This document shows, in pieces, positions 43,570 through 57,922 of a stretch of DNA of 64,000 bases. The first letter of the stretch is position 1. Every line of letters starts with the position of its first letter. This DNA comes from Eledone cirrhosa (lineage: Eukaryota). Under the pieces are notes generated by a model, which did not search any database, had not been told where the DNA came from, and saw only the letters and a program-made list of their open reading frames with translations. The stretch covers positions 15,066,001 through 15,130,000 of the forward strand of contig OZ024755.1 of NCBI GenBank assembly GCA_964016885.1. Reading direction: 5' to 3'. The position numbers and the translations under genes are program-made.

Positions 43570-45129
43570 TGAATAACGATGGTAACGACGATGACGATGA
43601 CGTCAATGACGTTGATAATGTTGCTGAGGATGATGGTGATGATGATAATGAATATGGTGCTGATGATGACGAGGTGGGGGTGGCAGGACTATAGAAACTC
43701 AGTATATTGAAGAAATTAGAGCAGATGATATGATGACAAAAATGTCGATGAGACTGATATAGATGGTGATGTGAATAATGATGATGACAGTGATAATAGT
43801 GCAGCTGTTAATGTCGATGATGATGAGGATGATGATAGAAGAGAGGAGGGAGAGAGGAGAGAGGAGGCGTCAGTATGAAATGAAGGAAATAGAGCAAAGA
43901 CGACAATACCGACGACACGTTGACAATAATGAAGTGGATGATGACCGTGGTTGTGATGATGATGACGACGACGACGATGATGACGATCGCGACGGTGATG
44001 ATGATGATGACGACGATGATGATGAAGATGACGATGATGAAGATGATGACGATGAAGTTGATGACGATGATGATGATGACGATGACGATGATGAAGATGA
44101 CGATGATGAAGATGATGACGATGAAGTTGATGACGATGATGATGTTGAGGATGATGGTGATGATGATGATGTTGGAGGTAGTGGTGGTGGTGGTGGTGGT
44201 GACGATGGGTGTCATAATGATTATGACAATGATGATGATGATGATGTTGGAGCTAATGGTGGTGGTGGTGGTGGTAGTGTTGGTGACGATGGCTGTCATA
44301 ATGATTATGACAATGATGATGATGTTGGAGCTAATGGTGGTGGTGGTGGTGGTAGTGTTGGTGACGATGGCTGTCATAATGATTATGACAATGATGATGA
44401 TGATGTTGGAGGTAATGGTGGTGGTGGTGCTGGTGGTGACGATGGTTGTTATAATGATTATGACAATGATGATGATGATGTTGGAGGTAATGTTAGTGGT
44501 GGTGTTGGTAATGTTGGTGACGATGGCTATTATAATGATTATGACAATGATGATGATGATGTTGGAGGTAATGGTGGTGGTGGTGATGGTGGGGTTAGTC
44601 TTAGTGTAGGTTGTGCGATGGTTGTCATAATGATTATGAAACTGATGATGATGATGTCGGTGGTGGTAGTAGAACTGCTGGTGGTGTTGTAGAAGACAAA
44701 TATTATGATAATTATTATGAGTAACAAGGATGGCAAATATGATGATGATGTATGTATATATAAATCTCTAATTACAGTAATGCTGCTACTGATAATTCAA
44801 CCAGCACCACCTTCAACAACAACAACAGCAGCAGCAGCAGCAGCAACAACAACAACCTAGGGAGTAACGTGTCACATTATATCAGCCCCTTTCTATTGCT
44901 GCTGCCTTTTTATAGCTGTTTTAACTGCTGCAACTGCTACTGGAGCTGTTTCATTTGGATTACTGTTCCTGCAAGGGTTAATGAAACAGTAGTAGTAGTA
45001 GTAGTAGTGATGATAGCGATATTATTAGTGGTTATAGTAGAAGGAAGAGTAGTATTGGTGCTAGTGGTGGTTATAGTGAGAGTAATAGTTGTAGTAGTGA
45101 TATTATTATTGCTGTTATTATTATTATAT

Positions 45130-45179
<50 letters not shown>

Positions 45180-47470
45180 CCAGCAGCAGCAGCAGCAGGT
45201 GTTTTTGTTGTAAGGATTAGGGTGGTTTTGATTACATGGTTGTTGGCGATGGTGGTGATATTGTTCGTGGTGGTAGTGGTGGTGGTTGTTAAAATGGCGT
45301 TGGCGGTGGTGGTGTTGGTGGTTAAAATAGCGTTGGTGGTGGTGGTGTTGGTGGTTCTGTTAATGGCGATGTTGTTAATGGTGATATGGTTAATACAAAG
45401 AGAATGATATTATTTATTTTTCTTTGCAATAGGTGGCCTTCACTGCAGGCAGCGTCTTTAAAAGATATCATTTATGGAAAGGACTCAATTAAAATTTCTA
45501 ATCCGAAAATCTGTGACTAAACACTGATTGCAAAACAGAAATGTATGATGTAATATGTGATGATGATGATGATGATGATGATGATGGTGGTGTGTTGAGG
45601 ATGATGGTGTTGATGATGGCGCTGGTGATGATGATGGTGCTGGTGATGATGATGGTGTTGGTGATGATGATGGTGTTAGTGATGGTGATGATGATGATGA
45701 TGACAATGACGATGATGATAACGATGACGATGATGATTGCGGTAATGGAGGTGGTGTTTGTGGTGGTAGTAATGATGGTGATGATGATAATGATGATAAT
45801 GAGGTTGTTATTGTTTTTGTTGATGATAAAGGATTTGATTCTTCTATAATCAAAATGAAGATGGTTTGGGGTATTGCTGTAAACTACGTTAATAATAATC
45901 AACTCAGTGAATGAGATGATGATGATGATGATGATGATGATGGCGTACATTATATCTCTTATCCATAACTCCCTTTACATTGTCGTTAGGGATGATAGCG
46001 ATGTTACTGTTACTGCTGTTGTTGGTGATGATGATGACAATGCTGTTCATTGTATTGCTTATTAATAACCCTTGCTACCTATTGTTATTAGTGATGATGA
46101 TGATGACGATGACGAGGATGGTGATGATGATGATGACGACGAGGATGGTGGTGGTGGAGATGATGGTGATGATGGCAAATTTATTATTCATGTGGGAGCT
46201 ACTGGCAAAGTTGTTTGTAATATTTAGAGTTAATGTTGCTGTTGTGATTGTTTTTGCGGTAGTAATGATACCTGCAGTAGTGTATGTAATGGAAAGTTTG
46301 TATGTGATGGTGTTAATAGTGGCTGGGGCAGTGATGCTTGTAATGGAAGTTGCCGTAGTGCTAGCTGTGGTTGTTTATGTATTGACGGTGTGGGAGTGTT
46401 TGTAGATGTGTGATAGTTACGGTGGTAGGTGGAAGTTTGGTGGCGATAACTGAAATTGTTTTAATATAGTATAGGCAGTGTGTCTGCTTTTGTAGTTGTG
46501 TTTTTGTTTGCGTTTGCTTTTACTGCTCTGGTTGTGGTGGAGATATTATAATTTGGTGGGGGATAACAATTTATATAGCTATTTTGATATAGACAGTGTT
46601 TGAATGTGTGTAGTTGTGGCTGTAGCTAAGGTTGCGTTTGTGGTTCATTTTAGGTTCATGGTTTAGTTTTGGTGATTATAGTAAAATTTGGTTGAGATAA
46701 GTCAGGCCAGTTTAATAAAGACACAGCGCGAGTGTTTGTGGTTGCGGTTGTATTTTTTAATGATTGTGGATGTTTTATGGGAGTATCTGTGACTATACTA
46801 CTATAATTGGTGGTGTGTGAATGCTTGTAGTTACTGTGTGTTGTGGCTGTCGTTCTGTTCGTAGATGTAATTGTAGATCGTGATGAGAATTGTAGTAGTT
46901 TGGTACGATAATTGTGGTTGTTATAATATAAACAGTGTATAGGTGTTTGCATTGGCTGTCATAGCTGTGGCTGTGGTAATGTAAATGGAAATAGTAGTGA
47001 TAACTGTGGTTGTAGTATTGAAGCTGTATGAGTGTGTGTTTTAGTAGTTGTAAACATGGCTGTGGTGATAATGTTGGTTTGGTGGTGAAAACTGTGGTTT
47101 GCCTAGTAGTTATGGTACGTGTGTGTGTATGTGTGCGAGTGTTTGAGTGTTTGTGTGTGTATGTGTGTATAGTGAATGTGTGTTTGTGTGTATGTATATG
47201 TGCTTGTGTCAGTGTGCGTGTATGTGTGCTTGTGTTTGTGTGTGTGTGAGTGATGACTGAAGTTGTGGTGATGATAATGGAGGTTTCATGATGATAACTG
47301 TAGTTCCATTACTGTTGTTGGCGTATGTGTGTGCGTTTGTGTTAACTATGTCATGGCTGTGGTTGTGGTTGTGGTTGTACTCATGATAATAGAAATGGGG
47401 CAGTGACTGTGTGATGGTTATAGCGATTGTAGTATTGCTGGTAATAAAGGGTGTATTGACAATGGTAATC
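43570..47470. repeat. Degenerate (GAT/GGT/AGT/GTT)n trinucleotide block with an embedded minisatellite
   Basis: About 3.9 kb, G/T-skewed; units of 75-81 bp at 44171-44650. Confidence 0.9.
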
Positions 47471-47966
47471 ATTCAAATGATGAGCTTGGCTGCACATGCA
47501 AATGCTTGTGTGTTACGCTGATGAAACGGGAAAATTCTGGGAGGAAATGAATGGGGAGAGGAATGGGTGGAGTATAACGAGAGTGTTGTAAGATATGAAT
47601 TCAGAAAGCAGGCTAAAGAACTGGCAATGAGATAAATATATAACATCATGTAAACACAAGAGACAGTGTGAAGTGGTGGTGAATAATAGATGAAAGGAAG
47701 GGAGATGAAATGATAAAGTAATACAAAAAAAGAGAGGGTAGTTACGTTACGAGAAGTGATCGAGACGTGAACTTGAAGAATACAACGAGATCTAAGGGAT
47801 AAAGAAGAATACGAGACATGTAATCGGAGGGAGGTGTCGAAATTAAGATATTTATGAAGAAGGGGTGAGCATGGTATCAAGGGATTGGTCGATCGGTGAA
47901 TCAATAGGTGTACTGATATATATATATATATATATAAAATCAAAAGATAGTTAAAAGAGTTCCAAC

Positions 47967-48037
47967 TATTTTATTATGCGCATTTCAAAAACAAATATCA
48001 TCATGGGATGATATTTGCGTTCTCATCAGATAAAATA
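47967..48037 (-). ncRNA. Type I hammerhead ribozyme motif (solo copy of the 61 kb family)
   Basis: TATTTTAT-CTGATGA-GAACGCAAATATCATC ccat GATGATATTTGTTTTT-GAA-ATGCGCAT-A-ATAAAATA; intact core; tail runs into (TA)n near 47935. Confidence 0.8.
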
Positions 48038-49428
48038 TCTGATATATGCATATGTGTACATACACACATATATATATATGTGTGTATGTGTGCGTATGTA
48101 TAAACAAGCTTTGAGCAATGTTGGTTAACAATACCAACCTTAGCCAAATAATGTCAGAACCTGCGTTGTATACATGCACATCGTTACCAATTGTGGATGT
48201 ATCTAGAAAGGTAATTATTTACTAGTATTTAAATTTAGATTTTCTCGAAAGATAATTCCTATCGGTTGAACAAAAGAAAATGTCTCCGTTTCACTATGTG
48301 TTTTCAAATAAGTTTCGAAATAACAGATATGTGACTAACGATTTTAGATTTATTGTCTCGTTCAGAGATTTACAACGAAACGCATGTAGGTTATCATATG
48401 TAAAATATTCATACAGCAATTAATATAGCCAGAAAAACGTATTGGCTTAAGTAATAAGAAACTCCCAGGAGAGATGGATATCAAAATGTCTTCAGAGAAG
48501 AAACCCCCGCCAAGAAAGTGTTTCGGCACTTAACTCCTTAGAGTTATATATATGAGGAGCTAAAATAATTACATAAAGTACAAGTATTCTCGCTATTAAT
48601 ATTTGGACAGCTTTGATTACACTAAAACTGACTTAGTGATAATTAAACTGTCAGATCAAATATATTCGCTCGAAGTTGTAAACTTAAAATTCTTGGGCGG
48701 TGAAGTTTGGTTATGTGTCCATTTAGAGCAGCCAACGCCACTGCGAGAATTACCAAGTCTCCGATAACTTTCCCATATCCTCCCAACAATCTCTTTCTCA
48801 AACAATTCATAAGCAATAAAAAGAAAGAAAAAAAGACATGAAAAAAAAAACTAGAGCGAATTAAATGTATATTTTTCTTAGTTCGAATCGATTAATGTAA
48901 ATATTTATTATAATATGTTTATAGGTTCACATTCAAGCCTGGAAAGTACAATCTATTCCTATGGCAAACACTATATTTCACGATGTTCCAGTACATTAAA
49001 CTGAAAACAAAGAGAATCTATTGTTAGAAGTAGGGCGTTCACACAGCGATGGACTGACGTCTCCTCAATAGGAAAACCTGTACTCTCATTCGCTCAACGC
49101 CAATTCAAGCGAAATATATTCTGGTCTTATAAGCGTGAGATTAAGTTCGACTGTAATACTTGAGAGATCGTGAATTTTATAATCTATAATTCGAAGATAA
49201 AATTATCACTTTCACGGTCCTCGTTCACAAATTGTTACATACACACGCAGTCACACAAAGAAATGCACGCAGATACAAAAATACATAGACACATATATGG
49301 ACACTCATATACACACACACACACACACACACACATATGTATGCATGTACATACATGCACACACACACATATATATTCATGTACATACATACACACACAC
49401 ACAGACATATATATGCATGTACATACAT

Positions 49429-49534
<106 letters not shown>

Positions 49535-52500
49535 ATATATATATGTATATGTATGTATGCGCTGCTGTATATATTCCCTAGTGGGATGTATGTTATTAGA
49601 ATTGTTTGTATCACGTATACATCTATGTATATTAAATACGCTTCAATAGATACATATAGTGATAAACACAACACAATAAACACACCCACCTATAGATCCT
49701 TTTATTGAAATACACATGCTACGAAAACAATAATTTATGCATCCTATATATCTACTTGGCGGATTTATATCCTTCATGCTTACACACACATACATATAAA
49801 TATATATATATATATATACATAAACTATAAACATATATACAGGCAATTGACTTTTATAGATATACACATGTATCTCCCCATACCTCTCTCTCATATATAT
49901 ATATATATATACATGTTATTAATTTATATATATATTCCTATAATATATATATGTAAATATATATGTGTGTGTGTGTGTGTTTGTGTGTGTGTATCAATAT
50001 GAGCGTGTGCATCTGATTGTAGGTGTTTTTATGTATATATAAGCATACAGGTATATATTCAATAGTGTACGTTCATACAAAGTCATTTATAATCAGTCAA
50101 CATTCGGTACGTATTAATATTCAGAAAATGATAGAAGGATGATATAGAAAACATGATTGTAAACCCAGTAACCTGACAGATAATAACATACGTGCTCAAT
50201 TATCCTCATTTTTATTCTCTTCTTTCTTTAACAAATACAGCAATATTCCTAACAATCACTTATACCAGTATTCATTCGAAATCTTTACATTCACGCTGTC
50301 TGTCGGAATAACCTCATGTATTTTACATTTTGTAATCTCTAACCCGTTAGTGTCATGCATATTTCCTCTTATAATCAAACGAAGTAAGCACATTTGTTTA
50401 CAAAATGTATTCATACGCATTAGCTTCTGCATATAAAAGTGTATTTATTCCGACATTAAGAAAATCTCCTTTCGTTCGTTGGATATCTTCTCGGATTTTT
50501 ATGAGAATCTGTCGTAGCAAGCGTTATCAATTTGCAGTGACGTATTCAAAAGGTTCCTTTGATATGTAACATATGCAATTCCCAATTTCCGTATCTTGAG
50601 ATAGGGAAACTTTAACAGAATATTAAAGAGTTCAACCTTTGGCTTAGGTGTCATGCAAAATAATGGTCACGCCTAGAAAGTGGCAAATATTCCTTTTAAT
50701 ATATCTTGTAACAGTTTAAATAATGAAAATAGATAGGGAAATACAAAATAACAGTTAAAAGAAAATAGAATGCCATATTCACAAGCAAATTACCCTCTGA
50801 ATAGCTTGCTACTTATTCTTCCCACCTACTGTGATCCTGTCTTAGGCAGTTACAAAAGTGCAGGTACTTTATTACACATCCACACACACACAGACACACA
50901 CCCATACCACACATAACTATATTCTTATTCTCTCTTTCTCTCTCTTTCTATATAGGAGGGATAGCGACGTATACGTATATCAACCAATGTAGCCACGGAT
51001 ATAGAAGAATAAGAAAGGATGGGTGAATTGGTTGTAAAATTGAGGAGTATAATTGTAGGTGTCTAGATGGGTTACACTGCTCGAAGGAATTCTATCGATG
51101 TTTTGTGATACTTAGGGTTAAGCTGAAGAGTTTGTTGGGACTCGGTGCAAACAATGAATCATGGGTTAGTTGCATGGTAGATAATTTGGGCACCGATTAT
51201 TTGGGAATACTATGGTGGGAAGGGGTAGGATGGAGTATGTTAGGATTCAATTCGTCAGTAAAACATTAGTTTGTTTGCATTTAACTTGGACTTTTTGGCA
51301 ATAGGAATGGAATATACATAGGCACCTGCTTTAGAAAGTAAGGAATAAATAAATTATAAAATCACATATGCAAGATGCTATTCAGTGGTATCGAACCAGG
51401 GATCTCTTAATTTCGAAGCGAACCTAGTAACCACTCACATACGCTTACAGCAGATTCATTAGTAATTGTACGCCAATAGTACATATATCAGCACAAATAC
51501 TTTAACACCAAAGAAACTATCTTAAAACCATATACAATTTGACGACAGGAAAAAAATTATTACAACATAAATCTTTCTTAGCCTTTATAAATAAGCAGCT
51601 TACTACTATGAATTCCATTCCACCAGGAATTTCAAAACCTTTCAGTTTAGATAGTTTATTAAGTCTATTTGATTTAAATATATTTTAAATCCGTCTGCTT
51701 CACATCCACTAATTCCAGCGTAATTTCCATGACTATTATATTCCTGGAAATTTATAAAAGCCGAAAGTAAAAACCTCATTACGTTCCAACATTTAAAGCA
51801 TTGTACGAATAAGATACTAGAGTCGACCTATTTATAGAAGAAAATGTAGTACTACTGTTAGTATCATATATATATATATTCAGTTAACAACTGTGTTAGA
51901 TTTTGGAATAATAATAATATCTTAGCTCATTATTTGTTAAAAGATTTTTTATAATTCACTGGAAAACATCATACTTTTTATTTATTGAAGTTATATTTCA
52001 TTCTGAGAAAAAACAGCAACGTATAAATAAACCGCTGATAGTTAATTTCCCACCTCCAATATATATTGAATATATATACAGTTTTCATACAGTGAAAAAA
52101 TATTTATATGATATTTATATGATATTTTGCAATAATCTAACAAAAGTGTTTCAAATATACATAAATGCGTTATTCTTTTATGGTTCAAACCAGCAGACTA
52201 TGACCATGTTGAAGCAATGGTATCTAAAGTATATTGTGAAGTAAAACCAGTCGTGAACTATTAATATTCTTGTCCCATTTCAAATAAGAATGGATATACG
52301 TAATGTCTAGTTTTATGTTAAAGTAATAGATTCAGAAAACAATAACGCGTACATTTAAATATTTCAGAATATTACTTCTTTTATAGTGGGATGGTTACCA
52401 CTAATATGGACAGAAATATACAGTGTATTAATAATATTTCTTCTTTTATTCATAGGAAGAATGCACAGTTTCATATTTGTCAGTTCTAAGGACAGTTATT

Positions 52501-52628
52501 TTGCTGAGACACAAAGCTATTGTGTGTCTCTTGACACAAGGCTATGTGAATACAAATCAGGATTTGAATACGGATAGATAGGCTGTGAACAAATCCCTGA
52601 CATAGAACACACCATTTAGTAAACCAGG

Positions 52629-52973
52629 AATAACATCGTCAACATATTGTATTGTTTTCAAAACGATAGCCGAACGCATTCACCTAGAGACTCTTTGGAA
52701 CATAGCATAACATGTTGGTATGTTAAATCGGGTTACAGTGAGGTAAATTTCATAAAACGTGTTCCCTCGCAGTTCTCTTCTTTCCAATTTAACATACAAC
52801 GTTTGAGTAAGCTACGTTGATATACAGTGTGTTCCAGCCCAGAACTGTACAATTGTGAAGTAATCGTTATAACCACACAGCTATGTCTGAGTCCTTTTAC
52901 TAAATGTTTCATCAACACTCTCTTGAAGAGCTTTTCAAATACTTTTGAGATGTATTTCAAAGTTGGTAATATC
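52629..52973 (-). mobile_element. Ancient LINE RT remnant
   Basis: ILPTLKYISKVFEKL...KHL...GLRHS followed by QYVDDVI. Confidence 0.4.
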
Positions 52974-53350
52974 GCAGATAATTAATCATATTGTTTAGGG
53001 GATATGAATATCTCGTGAAGCATTTGTTATTTGAGATTGTGTAAATAAAAAAATATATATTCTAGGATTTGTTTAATGAGAAAATCTTGAAAGTTCTTTT
53101 GCAATGATTTGCAGGAATTGCTTCTGTAAATATAAGCTAACTACATGACAATGAATATATACAAACCACTAATTGTCTCTCCTTCCCCAACCACTCTTAC
53201 GTGTTTTGCCTAATTCACTCCGAGTGAAAATATATGAAGTTGTCTGACATCTTGTGACAAATTAAAAATAAGTCTGCTGATTATAGATTGAATTAATGCT
53301 TTATATGTTCATGTAAAGATTACACACACACACACACACATATACCGATC

Positions 53351-53435
<85 letters not shown>

Positions 53436-54304
53436 CTAGTTGTTCTGTTAACAGAGCAGTCTATTCCTGAAATTAGTGTGTAACCACTGAGTACACGTGT
53501 AATTTTAATGGGCATTAGTCACGATATATGTGATAAGGTTGGCTGTTTGACTTAGAGGTACAATCCATCCGGTGGTATTCCAAACTGCTTCGGTCTACCA
53601 AATTGCACTCAAGATGCATAGATCGATCTAAGCCTGCTAATGATGCCATTGCATAGAATCGAACTGAGTACTAATTGATTCCGGATCCAACGTCTTCACC
53701 ATTCATCTATGCTGCGTCATAAAACAAAGTAGTTACTTGCTCGGAGCTATTCATTACTTTTTCGCATAATGACCCTTCTATAAAATATTCGGCAACTTAA
53801 AGAGGCTTTTATAATCAATATGCAAATTATGAAGTATGATGCATATCTAGAGTTTATTATTCATCTGTTTCTTGTTCCCATCAGTCCTCTCGCTCAACCG
53901 TTCGTGTCTGAAGATTTCATAAAGGTTTTAGAATTATTTAGCATTGTTTATTGTTAACGTATTTTAGGTTTTTAATAACAGAAATATTTCACTATAATCG
54001 CTCCTTAAAGCTGAAATATTGATTGAATTTCATTTTGTTTGATTCAGCTTTGTGTTTATTTTGTTTATTTCGATCAACTTCTTTATGAGAAAATTTGAGT
54101 GAAATATCAAACATGTCAACGAACAGATAATAATTAAAAAATTTATACTTGTTACAGATTTTACTTGACTGTTGAGCGATGTTTAACTTATTTCCCAGTT
54201 AAACCTCATGTTAGCACACTGTTGCTACGTACAAACTGGAATGTTGATTTTGTCACTCCTGTGGAAGTAGTATTACCACCGACGGGTGTACGATCAGTTG
54301 GTTA

Positions 54305-54480
54305 GAATTTGTAGATGACACGGTGCTAATTAACTAGTAGGAAAGGTGATCTCCTACATGCAGTGGATAGGTTTGCTGCCGATTCCTGCATGACAAGAGT
54401 GAAAATCAATTCTCGTTCTCTCAGGAAAGCCTGTATGTGAGTGGAGCTACACTGAAGCAGGTGGAAATGTTCATGTATGC
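54305..54480 (+). mobile_element. RTE LINE RT fragment
   Basis: FVDDTVLI, DLLHAVDRFAA, VKIN, TLKQVEMFMY with frameshifts. Confidence 0.6.
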
Positions 54481-54948
54481 TGTGTCCAGCCTAAAAGCCC
54501 TGTCACTAGTCTACGCTCCTATTCCGCTATGCAGAGAACGGCAAATTTCTGCACTCTACACCAGTTGATATCTTTCACAAAAGCATGTACCAGCAACAAT
54601 TTAAACAGATCATCAAGGGTATCGATCTCCCTTTCTTAATGGTGCCCTGTGTGTATAACGATCACTGATCCTTCCTTCAGTTCTGTTAAATCATATTTTA
54701 AAAAATTCTGCATATCAATCACATTGTCAGTCACTCTGAAGGTATACCTAACTTCCGTTCAGACAAACGCTAATCAACTTCATTATAATTCTTTTAAAAA
54801 TATGCTGTGATTTCACCATCTTTTCCATGTCATTACAGAAGCGGCAATAAATGTACAATTACCTCCAGGCTAATTGTGCATTTATTGCCGCTAAAAGTTT
54901 CTTCAAATTAATAAAATGCTATAAACCAAGCAAGCGCATCTCATATGT

Positions 54949-55056
54949 AAGAATATAAACGAATTGGTACAGCTTTAATCACCTACACCATAAGAGTATA
55001 TATATATACTCTTATGGTATAGGTGATTAAAGCTGTACCAATTCGTTTATATTCTT
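54949..55056. repeat. Near-perfect palindrome centred on a short (TA)n
   Basis: AAGAATATAAACGAATTGGTACAGCTTTAATCACCTACACCATAAGAG-(TA)6-reverse complement, one mismatch seen. Confidence 0.95.
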
Positions 55057-55238
55057 CCATAGCTTATTTGGCTCTGGTGGTTAATGGCTTCTTAACCATC
55101 GTCTCAGTTTGTATGACCTTTTTAACTTATGTTTATAGCTCTGGTATCTTCATATCCATGGAGCGCTTGTCTACACATTACGGAAGTTGCGTTTGGCTAA
55201 TTTCTACCCGCCGAAATGCGATTCTCGCTAAATTTATA

Positions 55239-55388
<150 letters not shown>

Positions 55389-55389
55389 C

Positions 55390-55901
55390 TAGTAACATGT
55401 GCCTCCGCCGTATTTGACTAAATAGAATTAAACTGTTAGTTGGGATTAAAAAAAAAACTCTGAATGGAAAAATAGGATGTGTGCGACTGGGTGCGATATG
55501 TAACTATGGGTGGGAAAGAATACAAACAAATATATCATTATATCTACTCTGAAATAATTTTAGTGAAGTTACATAATGAAATGCAGATGTACTATAAATA
55601 CTAATGCTAACTAGATCTGTATACAAGCGCTAATAAAGTATATTATCACATTTCAAGGAGGGCCGGTAGATTGGCAGTACCAGTTGAGCTGTGGGACACG
55701 GACCCACATATTTGGTTTGCCAGGTCAATGAGTACCATTACACCAACAATGGCAACAAATTGGTCCGGCAAACCAAGGATGTAGGTTCGTGTCTCAAGTA
55801 CGTCAATACTCATCCTTTCTTTTTCATTCAGAGGGTATTCTAAAATCCCAAGTAACAGACGAATTCTATTTAGTCGAATATGGCGAAAGCACATGTTACT
55901 A
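55390..55901. repeat. Spaced inverted repeat (arms 55390-55479 and 55811-55901), related to 60362-60598
   Basis: TAGTAACATGTGCCTCCGCCGTATTTGACTAAATAGAATT versus AATTCTATTTAGTCGAATATGGCGAAAGCACATGTTACTA. Confidence 0.8.
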
Positions 55902-56007
55902 TCAAATTTCCAAATTCGCTAGCCGTTTCTAAACAAAGTCTGCTTTGTGTTTCCCTACTTATATATATGCATACACACACGCACACACACACATGATAAC
56001 ACTTACA

Positions 56008-56062
<55 letters not shown>

Positions 56063-56389
56063 CGTATATATATAATGAGCTACGTTAAATGGTAAAGAAA
56101 AAACATTAGTAGAACATATGTTCGATCAAAGACGTAACAGGGTTTCGATTCCATGTAGAATTACATTCAATTTACGGCAGCCAACAATAGATTTGATAAT
56201 ATCACGAAGACTACATAATAGCATATTGTAGAGGAATCAAGCATAGTAGAAGAACTGTGGTGACATATGTGATATTGTGTGCGACTGGGTGCGATATGTA
56301 GCTCTGGGTGGGAAAATAATGGAAAATATAGAAGACAATTGCAATACACTCAGCGGGTGAGTGTATCACTCTCACATTTCACATAGCCA

Positions 56390-56430
<41 letters not shown>

Positions 56431-56625
56431 GCGAAGGAAATGTGGTAAGGAACCAGGTGGACCATAACGCACCAAAGTACTCAATACTTAGGGTAGTAGA
56501 GTGGGTAATAGGAACGAGTAGGACCCCGACGGCTGAGCTCAAGCCGTTTCGACGGTTAATTCTGGACTCAGAATTAGCCGTCGAAACGGCTTGAGCTCAG
56601 GCGTCGGGGTCCTACTCGTTCCTAT
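56431..56625 (+). repeat. Repeat family A copy ending in a fold-back (56508-56625)
   Basis: ATAGGAACGAGTAGGACCCCGACGGCTGAGCTCAAGCCGTTTCGACGGTTAATTCTG followed by its reverse complement; microsatellites on both sides. Confidence 0.9.
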
Positions 56626-56639
56626 ACATACACACACAG

Positions 56640-56692
<53 letters not shown>

Positions 56693-57304
56693 TGTGTGTG
56701 TATGTCTTTGAGTCTATACGTGTGTATATATATATACATGAAGACGTAAATGAATATACAGATACATAGAGACAGAAATAGTTAGAAGATAGACAGTTAG
56801 ACAGATAAATAAAGGGAAAAAATAAGAATAAAGCAGAAACCTTTGTGTATTTATATGCATTGTAGTGAATGTGTATATGGGTATATGTTTGTAAAAAAAA
56901 AAGACAATCCAAAACAACACGTGGGTCTAAACATAAGTCGCTATCAGATTAAGTGTGTCCTTTTACGCCTGTATATTCTAGAAAGTATCATTAAAATAAT
57001 TAGAACTGCAAATCAAAACAGCGGTAGCAGTATATTTGGCTGAGTATTTATTCAACAACAAATACACCAACGTAAAAGCAAAACTAGTCGATAAATCTCA
57101 CCTTCTACTAACTATATACTTGTTTTCAATTCCATTTCCAGGAGATCCTATTTTTGAACAAACATTTACGTTACGTGCAATGGAATTAAACATTACACTT
57201 ACCACCATCTTTAGAGATTTCAACACCTTCACATAGTCTTCTGTCTTTGTTTTTATACACTGCTGTAATGCATACAGTCGCATATATATGTATGTGTATA
57301 CAAA

Positions 57305-57367
<63 letters not shown>

Positions 57368-57495
57368 CGGATATATTTAGATGTATATATATATATGAAG
57401 AGAGAAATAAATATTACTTTATATGTGTATATATATATATATACCTATATATATATATATATATATACATATGTATGTCGATATATATATGTATG

Positions 57496-57540
<45 letters not shown>

Positions 57541-57890
57541 ATGTACGTGTGCATGTACGTGTGCATGAACGTGTGTGCTTGTGTAATTTATGTTTATCGA
57601 AATTTATTTATGTGAAGCCACCCAGAATTATACTTGCTACTTGCATTAAGAAAAATATTATTGTGTTTATCAATCCTTATCTCCACACTCCTTCGTCTCT
57701 CTCTCTCTCTCTCAATCTCTCTCTATCTATCTCTCTCTCTTTTACACAAAAAGTAAAACACACACATATATATGTGGGGTGGAGTATAAATGTAGCATGT
57801 CATGTCTATGTGATTAAAGAGTTCTTTTCCAGCTACGGTGTTATGAGATCAGGACCGATTCGAGGCACCTTTGCCTGCTAGACCACACAT

Positions 57891-57919
<29 letters not shown>

Positions 57920-57922
<3 letters not shown>

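Noticed and set aside
43778-46405. Asp-, Met/Val- and Ile-rich ORFs as genes
   Set aside because: Open in several frames on both strands; low-complexity triplet repeats with no splice or domain support
51375-51440. tRNA gene-like boxes here and near 29805 and 53650
   Set aside because: No cloverleaf; more likely eroded SINE heads
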